Both the position numbers and the translations under genes were made by a program. This document shows, piece by piece, positions 20,154 through 29,500 of a stretch of DNA of 37,784 nucleotides (positions within the stretch are counted from its first letter, which is position 1; the number at the start of each line of letters is the position of its first letter). The stretch covers positions 1 through 37,784 of the forward strand of contig PMWA01000103.1 in the NCBI GenBank assembly GCA_003166335.1. Direction: 5' to 3'. Source of the stretch: Methanobacterium sp. GTDB taxonomy: Archaea; Methanobacteriota; Methanobacteria; Methanobacteriales; Methanobacteriaceae. The notes under the pieces were generated by a model that did not search any database, had not been told where the DNA came from, and was given only the letters and a program-made list of their open reading frames with translations.

Positions 20154-21844
20154 TTTGATTCCTCTAAACTAATTCCCGTCAATTCAGTAAATACATCCCC
20201 TAAAGTACTCTGATGAACGGAAAAATCTTTTACATGAACATTACTAATTTTTATATTTTCCATTAGTCGGGAAACTTTACTCTTAGCTTCGAACAATCTC
20301 AAATGAATATCTCCATTTACTTCATCCACCCATAGAATATCATCAAGTTTTTTCAAATTTTTAATGACTTCTGTATTTTTCTTTTTGTTAGATAATCTTA
20401 TCTCCACCAAATCTCCCTTATCATTCTCTTTTTTGAGATTGAATGGAGTATCAAGCATAAGGATCTGACCATTATCAACAATAGCTACACGGTCTGATAA
20501 ATCAGCCTCATAAATATCATGAGTGATTAAAATAACTGTTTTACCGTCCAGGTCACGCAAAGATTGTATATAATTCAAAATAATGATGCCAGACTGCGGA
20601 TCCAAACCAATGGATGGTTCATCAATTACTATAATTTCTGGTTCATGGACCAGAGTTAATGCTAGATTCAAACGACGTTTCATACCATTAGAAAGTTTAG
20701 AAGCAACAGTATCAGCTTCATCAATAAGGAAAAGATCGTATAAAAGTCGTTCCACCCTCGGTTTTAGAAGATTTTTGGACACTTTATACATTTTTCCCAT
20801 AAGATTAATATTCTCTCTACAAGTGAGGTTATCCCAAAGACCCAATTCCTTAGGACAGACCCCAATATGTCTATCATTAAATTTTTTAATTTCTTTATCA
20901 TTAATTAAAATTCGACCATTATTAGATTTTAGAAATCCATTTATTGGGTTTTCTGAATTAATTTTATCTGTGCCACTAACTCCAAGCAAACCTAAAATTT
21001 CACCTTTTTTTACCTGTAAATCCTGACTATTGGTTATTCCTGGCTTATTGAAATCCGATTTTGCGTTTTTCTTATCAGATTTTGTACTCTTCTCATATGC
21101 GTCACATACTTCCTCAGCAGTGCCTTGCATAATTAATCTACCTTTCTCGAGCCATATTGCTTTATTACACAAATCTCTGATTTTTTTTGTAGCATGAGAT
21201 ACCAATAGAACAGTTACATCTTTTTCAAGGAATGATTTCAATCTATTTTCGCTTTTTTCTTGGAATCTAACATCTCCCACAGCTAAAACTTCATCTAGTA
21301 TTAGTATTTCGGGTTCTACAACAGTAGCAATGGAAAAACCCAAACGCATCATCATACCTGTGGAATAATTCTTGAGTGGAACGTCTATAAAATCACCTAT
21401 TTCTGAAAATTCGACGATTTCATCATATTTACTCTCCAAGAAACTTTTAGAATAACCTAATAATGCACCATTTAAAAAAATATTCTCTCTACCAGTGTAA
21501 TTTGGGTCAAATCCACCTCCAAGTTCTAATAAAGGACTTATTCTGCCTTTCGTTTCAAGAAGACCTTCAGTGGGTTTCATAACTCCTGAGATTAGTTTAA
21601 GTAATGTGCTTTTTCCAGCTCCGTTTAAACCAACTATTCCGACTTTATCTCCTTTCTGCACTTCGAAAGACACGTTTTTAAGAGCCCAAAATTCCTGATA
21701 GAATAATTCCATATCACGCTTTAATAATCTAATTACATATTCTTTAAGGTTGTCAACCTTCTCTTGACTTAAATTAAATTCCATGCCTAAATTTTCAGCT
21801 TTGATGACTATTTGATTATTATGTGATTTAGAAGAAATTTTCAG
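20150..21844 (-). CDS. wzt: Fusion protein: Wzt/TagH-type polysaccharide ABC ATPase plus second degenerate ABC-2 ATPase; probable non-canonical start upstream of 21784
   Basis: NBD1: FWALKNVSF, GLNGAGKST, YSTGM, ILILDEVLAVGD, VSH. NBD2: GVSGTDKIN (broken Walker A), LSNGMKRR, IIVIDEP, ITH, C-terminal TLGDVF. Confidence 0.8.
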   Translation of the reverse strand: MKISSKSHNNQIVIKAENLGMEFNLSQEKVDNLKEYVIRLLKRDMELFYQEFWALKNVSFEVQKGDKVGIVGLNGAGKSTLLKLISGVMKPTEGLLETKGRISPLLELGGGFDPNYTGRENIFLNGALLGYSKSFLESKYDEIVEFSEIGDFIDVPLKNYSTGMMMRLGFSIATVVEPEILILDEVLAVGDVRFQEKSENRLKSFLEKDVTVLLVSHATKKIRDLCNKAIWLEKGRLIMQGTAEEVCDAYEKSTKSDKKNAKSDFNKPGITNSQDLQVKKGEILGLLGVSGTDKINSENPINGFLKSNNGRILINDKEIKKFNDRHIGVCPKELGLWDNLTCRENINLMGKMYKVSKNLLKPRVERLLYDLFLIDEADTVASKLSNGMKRRLNLALTLVHEPEIIVIDEPSIGLDPQSGIIILNYIQSLRDLDGKTVILITHDIYEADLSDRVAIVDNGQILMLDTPFNLKKENDKGDLVEIRLSNKKKNTEVIKNLKKLDDILWVDEVNGDIHLRLFEAKSKVSRLMENIKISNVHVKDFSVHQSTLGDVFTELTGISLEESK

Positions 21845-22004
21845 TACCTCCCAATACTAATGGATTAAATAGTTTTACGGTAAATAAAACTACTAAATAA
21901 AATTTACAGAATATTTTTTTTTTAAAAATTAATTTATGTAACTTTCCTAAATTAAATATAAATTTTTTTTATAGTAGATCAAATTACTTTTTTGTAATTC
22001 ATGT

Positions 22005-22802
22005 TTAAATATATAATATGAATTTATCCTGGTATTTATAAAATATTAAAATTCCAATAATTAGAGTGACAATTGAAACAACAGTGGCGAAAATCAACTG
22101 AAATGGATTGAAAAGTGTTCCATATAAAAAACAATCTCTGAGTAAGGTTATAAGAACGTATATTGGATTATATAATATTAAAAATTGGTATTTTTCAGGC
22201 ACTATTTGGATAGGAAACATAATTGCGCTACCATACAGTATAAGAATGAGTATTACACTATATAAATGCTCTATATCTCTGAAAAATACTGTTAAAGTGG
22301 CCAATATAAGACCAATACCTATGATGAATATAGAAAATAATATAATTGGAACAACACCGAGTAATATATATAAAGTGAAAGGAGCATGTGTAGCAAACAT
22401 GACGAGAAAAAGGACAACAAATGAAAGCAAAAAGGTAATTAAACCAGAAATTGTCACACCTATGATATACATATATTTAGGAACATAAATTTTTTTTATT
22501 ATAGGAGCATTTTTATAAATTGCCGACATAGCAGCTGAAGTACCCTGAGCAAAGAATGTATACGGTAATCTTCCTGTTAAAATATAGACTGGATAATTTT
22601 GTATGTTAGATTTAAACAAAGTTGAAAATATGACAGTTAATACTATCATGAATAATAATGGTTCTAAAAAACTCCAAAATAGTCCAAGTATAGATCTTCT
22701 ATATTTGATCTTTATATCTCTTTTCACTAGCTCGACAAGTAGATTTCGATATTTAGTGAAATTAACTAAAAATCTATGATTAATAATATTTTCAATTATC
22801 AT
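22005..22802 (-). CDS. wzm: Polysaccharide ABC transporter permease
   Basis: ELVKRDIKIKYRRSILGLFWSFLEPL, KKIYVP, FFRDIEH, YNP. Confidence 0.9.
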   Translation of the reverse strand: MIIENIINHRFLVNFTKYRNLLVELVKRDIKIKYRRSILGLFWSFLEPLLFMIVLTVIFSTLFKSNIQNYPVYILTGRLPYTFFAQGTSAAMSAIYKNAPIIKKIYVPKYMYIIGVTISGLITFLLSFVVLFLVMFATHAPFTLYILLGVVPIILFSIFIIGIGLILATLTVFFRDIEHLYSVILILILYGSAIMFPIQIVPEKYQFLILYNPIYVLITLLRDCFLYGTLFNPFQLIFATVVSIVTLIIGILIFYKYQDKFILYI

Positions 22803-23480
22803 TTTACTCCAATAACAAAATTTTTGGATAATTAGTATAAAGAAATTTTAATTCAAGTCATGATAAGTTAAAAAATTTCAATTTTAATTTAAACAAAAAT
22901 TTGATAAATTTTTAAACCATAATTTATATTAATCTTTTATTATATTAGTTCCCACCATCTAAAATAACCTTATTATTAATTCATCTTATATTTAAAATAA
23001 AAATCAGGACTTTAATTTCTTTCCACTCGTTTACAATGATATAATAGCGTGAAACAAATAAAAATTATAAAATGATGTAATAAAATTTAATTTGAGATAC
23101 TAAAATAATTCTTTCATATTTCTAAAAAAAACCGTTTCAAACTCTTTATTTCCAAATTAATATCGGCTTATATCATTAAATCAATTCTTTATAAATAAAA
23201 GACTACAACAGTAATATTTCTTTGAAATAGGAGTAATCCATCTTTTAGATTGTTAAATGATGAGTCTATTACATATTAAAATAAATTGTTTCATTTTTTA
23301 TTTATTTAAATATAATGCCCTAATATTATCATTAACCTAATATACAAAGCAATAAATAAATATAATTTAACATTAAAATATTACAAGTTTGTTCAAATTT
23401 TAATGATTACGTTCACAATTTACAGAAATTACTTTAATAGATTTAATTTTCTTAAATGGGCTTATTAGGGGCAAAATAAG

Positions 23481-25820
23481 ATGATTAAATTTGAATATGA
23501 TAAACATTTAATGATTGTTACACTGATTTTAATCATTCTAGCGCTTATTTTCACTTATGGTGTTGGAAATGCTTCAGCAGCAGATAGTGGCACAATATAC
23601 GTTAACGCTACCTCAGGAAACGACGATTGGAATGGTCAATCAACAACATATCAACCCCGTACAAATAATGGTCCGAAATTAACAATACAAAACGCCACAG
23701 GAACAATATCAGCTAATGGAACTATAGAGATAGCAAATGGAATATACGCCGGAGTTAAGAACAACAACATCACTATTAACAAAAACATGACCATACAAGG
23801 TCAAAGCCAATCTGGTACCATAATAAACGGAAGTGGTATCAACTGGATATTCAAGATACCCCGAGGAATGGCTGTTAAAATCATAAATATAACACTAATC
23901 AACGGAAACACAGTGAAAGGTAGTGCTATCGAAAATGATGGTACTTTGACTGTAATCAACTGTACATTCTCCAATAACACCGCATATAATGGCGATGGTG
24001 GTGCAATCTACAATGATGGTACTTTAACTGATATTAACAACATCTTCAACTACAACACTGCAAATTATGGTGGAGCCATCTACAATGGAGGCTATTTAAC
24101 TTTAAATAAAGTAACTTTAGCATCAAATGCAGTAACAAGTATTACTAGTTGTGGTGGGGCTGTTTACAATATTGGAAACGTGGATTTCAATTGTTGTACA
24201 CTCACCTCTAACTCAGCATCATCATTTCGTGGAGGGGCTATTTATTCCTCTGCGGGTACATTAACTTTGTATAATTCTTCTTTTGTCATAAATATTGCAC
24301 AACGGGGAGGTGGACTCTGCATATATGGTGGGTTTGTGAATATGACATATTGTACTTTTACAGACAATGTGGCTTTTGGAGATTATGGTGGGGCTATTTT
24401 TGGAGATAGTAGCGTTTCTGACAGTGCAATACCTATTTCTGTAGTTGGTTGTACTTTCAAGGGAAATAATGCACCTGATGGTGGTGCAATAATGATTACA
24501 GGAGTACAACTCACTGTAGATTCTACTTCTTTCCAATCAAACTATGTATTAGGTAATTTCCCATTAGGATATGGAGGAGCTATACATGCCTGGAACTGTA
24601 TAGTCACTATCCAGAATTATACTACATTTACAGATAATGCTGCTACTAGTGGGGGCGGTGCTTTCTGTAACGATAGTGGAAACATTGGTTCCATAAGTGG
24701 TGGATCATTTACAGATAACACAGCTCAGGGAAACAACCCACTTGCTTATGGAAATGGTGGCGCAATCTTTACTTTATATGGATCACATTCAGCTACGTTA
24801 ACTGTGAACAACACTTATCTTAGTATAAATGGTACCACATTTAGTGGCAATACAGCACTTAATGGAGATATAGGTGGAGGTGCCATTAGGCAGATGAGTG
24901 GTACTTTAACTTTAACTAATTGTGAGTTTGATAATAATGAGGCAACTAATGGTGGAGCCATCTACAATGAAAATGGTAGTCTGACTGAAACTTATAGCAC
25001 ATTCAAGAATAACAGTGCAACTGATCATGGTGGTGCTATATATAATAGTCCTAATGCTACTTCGATTGTTGACTTCGGCCAAATCATTGGAAATACTGCA
25101 AAGTCTGGCAGCTCCATCTACAATTTGAATGGAACAGTAGATGCTATACTCAATTGGTGGGGTTCAAATAATAGTCCAATAGAAAATGTGTTTGGTAATG
25201 TAACTTTAGCCCCTTGGTATGTTAAAATAGTAAGTTCTGTAAATCCTGCAAACAATGCTGTAAACGTGCACACAAATAATATTATAGTAACTTTCAGTGA
25301 ACCAATTAAATCTGGAAATATGTGGATTGAACTTGAAAGTAGCAGTGGGACATTAATTCCAATTACAACATCTATTAATGGTACTGTTTTAACAATAACA
25401 TTAAATAAGTTATTGAATAATGACACCAGATATGCTTTAACCTTACATACTGATAGTTTAACAGACTTAGCGGGTAATCCATTAGCACTTTGGGGTAGTA
25501 GTTTTAGCGTGGGCCCATCACCTAAAATAACGAGTACCAACCCGTTAAACGACGCGTTAAACGTGGTCACTAATAAAATGATTATTATCACTTTTAACGA
25601 ACCAATTAAAGCCGGGAATATGTGGATTGAGCTTAAAAACAGCGCAAAAGCAGGAATACCATTTACTGAAAACATCTATGGCAACACTATAACTATAACA
25701 CCTTCAACTCTCTTAAGTAAAGGAGTTAAGTATATTGTAACTATCCATACCGGTAGTGTAACTGATTTAGCTGGTAATCCAGTATCACTTTTCAGCATCA
25801 TCTTCACCACCACAAAATAG
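23481..25820 (+). CDS. Adhesin-like surface protein: beta-helix with GGAI/FxxN repeats and two C-terminal Ig-like (Big_5/SbsA-like) domains
   Basis: Signal peptide, IYVN..G.D...G / TIQNA cap, many FxxNxA..GGAI repeats, NWWGSN, two P.N.A.NV...TF.EPI...TDLAGNP domains. Confidence 0.85.
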   Translation: MIKFEYDKHLMIVTLILIILALIFTYGVGNASAADSGTIYVNATSGNDDWNGQSTTYQPRTNNGPKLTIQNATGTISANGTIEIANGIYAGVKNNNITINKNMTIQGQSQSGTIINGSGINWIFKIPRGMAVKIINITLINGNTVKGSAIENDGTLTVINCTFSNNTAYNGDGGAIYNDGTLTDINNIFNYNTANYGGAIYNGGYLTLNKVTLASNAVTSITSCGGAVYNIGNVDFNCCTLTSNSASSFRGGAIYSSAGTLTLYNSSFVINIAQRGGGLCIYGGFVNMTYCTFTDNVAFGDYGGAIFGDSSVSDSAIPISVVGCTFKGNNAPDGGAIMITGVQLTVDSTSFQSNYVLGNFPLGYGGAIHAWNCIVTIQNYTTFTDNAATSGGGAFCNDSGNIGSISGGSFTDNTAQGNNPLAYGNGGAIFTLYGSHSATLTVNNTYLSINGTTFSGNTALNGDIGGGAIRQMSGTLTLTNCEFDNNEATNGGAIYNENGSLTETYSTFKNNSATDHGGAIYNSPNATSIVDFGQIIGNTAKSGSSIYNLNGTVDAILNWWGSNNSPIENVFGNVTLAPWYVKIVSSVNPANNAVNVHTNNIIVTFSEPIKSGNMWIELESSSGTLIPITTSINGTVLTITLNKLLNNDTRYALTLHTDSLTDLAGNPLALWGSSFSVGPSPKITSTNPLNDALNVVTNKMIIITFNEPIKAGNMWIELKNSAKAGIPFTENIYGNTITITPSTLLSKGVKYIVTIHTGSVTDLAGNPVSLFSIIFTTTK

Positions 25821-25868
25821 AAAATTTAGCTAGAATTAAAGGGAAAATAATAAAAATTAAATAGTTAT

Positions 25869-26575
25869 TTATTTCCCGTTATGAAAGTTTTTGTTTTTTT
25901 TCCCAAGTATTATTATGTGATAAGGTAATACTACTTCAATTGAGATTATTTCTATCTCGAAATAGTTAAATACTTCTACTGCTACTTTAGTATTAAAAAC
26001 ATGTTGGTGTAAAGATCTATTTTCATTATTATGCGATGATACTTTTTTTAAATGAGTTTAAATTACGTGCAGGACGATTAAACTCTAATCATGCAATTTT
26101 AATATTTCAGGTAAATGAGATAAATAATCTTCATCTATATCATTTTCAAAATCTTCAATCAAGTGTTTAATAGTTGTTACAGAACGTTTATGATCAAAAG
26201 TACTCTTTCTGAGGTAATACAAACAGAAGAATCCCATTATTTTTTAAACTCTTAAACATTCTGATATGGCCTTAAAAGGATTTGCTATATGTTCTAGTAC
26301 GTGGGATGCTAAAATAAATCATAAAGAATTTAATTTTATTACACTTAAATTCACAGCATCGCAGATAAATTGATGTCTTTTTCTACCACCATACTCATAA
26401 TATTCTCCTTCTTTAATTTTACCTTGCCAAATAGTTTTTCACTAAAATTGCATCCATCTATATTCTCAACTACTGGATAAATGGGTATAATGCTATTTTT
26501 TTCAAAATTTTACTTAGTCCTCCTATCTCTAAACCGTTTTTTCCCTTTAAATTCTGACAATATGAACTAGCATAA
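25869..26575 (-). pseudogene. Class I SAM-dependent methyltransferase remnant with multiple frameshifts (absent from the ORF track)
   Basis: Stitching frames gives KGKNGLEIGG..IIPIYP..IDGCNFS..TIWQG..QFICDA..ILASHVLEHIANP.KA..E..RV..KNNG.L..VLP..TFDHKR..HL.EILKLHD..NRSLHQHVF..PYHIII. Confidence 0.8.
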
Positions 26576-26578
26576 TGC

Positions 26579-29500
26579 TTATATTTTTTTATCCACTAAT
26601 TCTTCTACAGTTTTGTACCATAATTCAGTTCGATGTTTTAATAAATATTTTTCTATTAAATTATTTCTTGCATTACTTTTAATATTACTGCAGAGTTCAC
26701 TATCAGTTATTAACTTATAAATTTGTTCTTCCCATTCCTTTGTGTTATTATTTTTTACTAATAAACCATTATATCCATTTTTTATAATTTCATTATAAGA
26801 TCCAATATCACTATATACTCCAGCCAAATCTAACCCCGTGTATTCCAAATACTTAATTTCACTTTTACCTCTGTTTATATTAGTATCAGCTAGTGGAGCA
26901 ACAGCTATATTCCAATTTGCTGTAACTTTTTTAAGCCATTGAACAAATTTACGATACTCTTCATTGTCTGAAGGAATTTCAATTTGTTTTATCCAACCCG
27001 TATTTCTCATCCCACCAATAACTTCAAAATTAAACTTTAAATTGTTTTCAGCTAATTTTTTCTGTAAGTTTTTGATGGCATTTTTAATAATAATTAAATC
27101 CCTTTCATGTGTAAATGACCCCATATATCCAACTATAATAGTATCATTTTCTATCGGGAAAGAATTTACTTTAGTGCACCAAAGTCTTTCATCTAAAGCA
27201 TTTGATATGCATATCACATTATTAGCAATACCTTCAAATTTTGATTTTAAGAGATCTGTACTAACAGTTACTAAATCAGCGTTTTCAATAAGATATTTGA
27301 TAATCGTACTTTTAGACAAATACTTTTTGTATTCTGGATGTGTTTTATCAATATTTAATAAATCATCATCTATTTCGTAGATAAGTTTAATATCATGCTC
27401 TTTACATCTTTTAACTAAAAGATTTGCAAAAGATTCATCTAAAACGTCTCTTTGTACTATGACACAATCATAGATCCTTTCAATTAAAAAGGAATCTTTG
27501 TTTACTGTGTCCAAGTCATCTTCATCAATAATATAAGGCACTATCTTTCCATATAATGATGGATGATAAAATGGTAATAATAATCTTATATTAGCTGTTG
27601 GGGGGTGATCTCCATTTCTTCCTTTAATAATGATAGCTACCCTATAAATATTTTCGATCTTAGAATATTCAGTTATAAGTAAATTCTGCCAATATATGAA
27701 TTCATATTCATAAGCCATCTCTTTTGTACTTGTAAAGTGAATTTTATTAATTTGCTCTTTTATTAACTTGTACTCCTCTGGAGAATTTACTATCCTCATG
27801 ATTTCTTTATAAGATTCTGAAGGGGAATTATGATTTAAAATCCATCCACCATTATTTTTACACAGCCTCTCCTCTAAAACACCGATTTTAGAAGTTAAAA
27901 CAGGAATTCCACATGACCATGCTTCCGATAAGGTATGACAGTAAGTTTCGGGCCAAATAGAAAAAATTCCTATAAATGAAGGTTTAATATCATTTACCAT
28001 TCCACAAAAACTGTTTCTTTCATATTTACCATGATAAATACCATAATCACTTAAATAAGACACAATTGAACCCATAAAATGAAATTCTAATCTGTTACGC
28101 TTATCCTGTTTTTTCAGCTGTTTAATGAATTCCGCGCCTTTATGATTATCAATATTTCCAGGAATCAATATTTTAACGGGTTTATCGGTGGAAGGAAATT
28201 CAAATTTTGAATTCAATTCTTTATTTAAATCCCTACCATGCTCAATCACTTTAAAGGTTTTCTCTGCTAATTGAGGATAAATCGAAATGTAAATCTGTTT
28301 TGCAACTTCTGAAGTTGTGATAAATGTTGAACATTTATCAAAAATATTTGATATCTCACTTCTCCATTCATCAATGAATGTTTTTAACACAGGTAAATCA
28401 TTTAATAGTTCACTTGGTATTTTACACTGATTTTTCCCTTCCGTACATTTACCAGCGCAATACTTATTATTTTCATCAATCAGATGAAATGATGGACAAA
28501 TAAAATAAAAATCATGGAAAGATAAAATTATAGGTATGCCTAATTTATGTGCTATGTCAGGTAAATCAAATGTATGTTTAAACAAATGTCTAATATGTAC
28601 AATATCGATTTTTAATCCTATTAATACATTAAAATACACATCTCTAAATTCATTATTATAAAATTTTTTAGAAGACCATTTTGATTTAATATTCCAAGAA
28701 TTAATTTTTTCGAGTCCATTCTTTGTCTGTTTCCACAATAATAACTGCTTAGTTGTTGAAGTTAATATGAAACATTCAAAAGTCTTTCGGATATTTTGCA
28801 TGAGATCCTTATTAGTTTTAAAAGTTCCACCTTCACCTTGATGTAAAACATATAAAATCCGTTTTTTGTTAATGTAATTAATCCGGTCAAAATTTATATC
28901 ATCCATCTCAGATCTAATATTATCCTGAATATTCTTAAGTTTAACAGACGACGTAAATTCATGAACTTTTTTTGTATATGATGGATATTTTTTGTCAAGA
29001 ATTGCCCTGTGCTGTTTAATTAATTCTTTTTTTTTATCAGAAAATGATGCACTCCTTTTATGATATATATACGTGGAATCATCTATAATATTTTTCCAGG
29101 ATCTGTCAATAGCCCTCATGCAAAAATCGTTTTCTTCACCATATCCTCTACCAAAAGCTGTCTCATCAAAAAATCCTACATCATTTATAATACTTCTTTT
29201 AATGAAAAGACAAAATCCATTTCCAGTAGGAACTTCCATATTTACATTATCAGATACTGTTTCAACTAAAGAAGCCATACCATCTCGGCTTAAAAATATT
29301 GGTATTTCATTTTCTTTTCCAATTTCAGGAACAGAAAAAGCTCCTGCAGCATTGGAAAGTGGAGTTACCGTGCCAATGCTTCTATCAGAATAAGCGGCTA
29401 CTGTCAATTTTTGTAGCCATCTAGGTGTAACAACGGTGTCACTGTTTAATAAAACCACATCACCGTCAGAATTATGAATTCCCATGTTAATATTTTTAAC

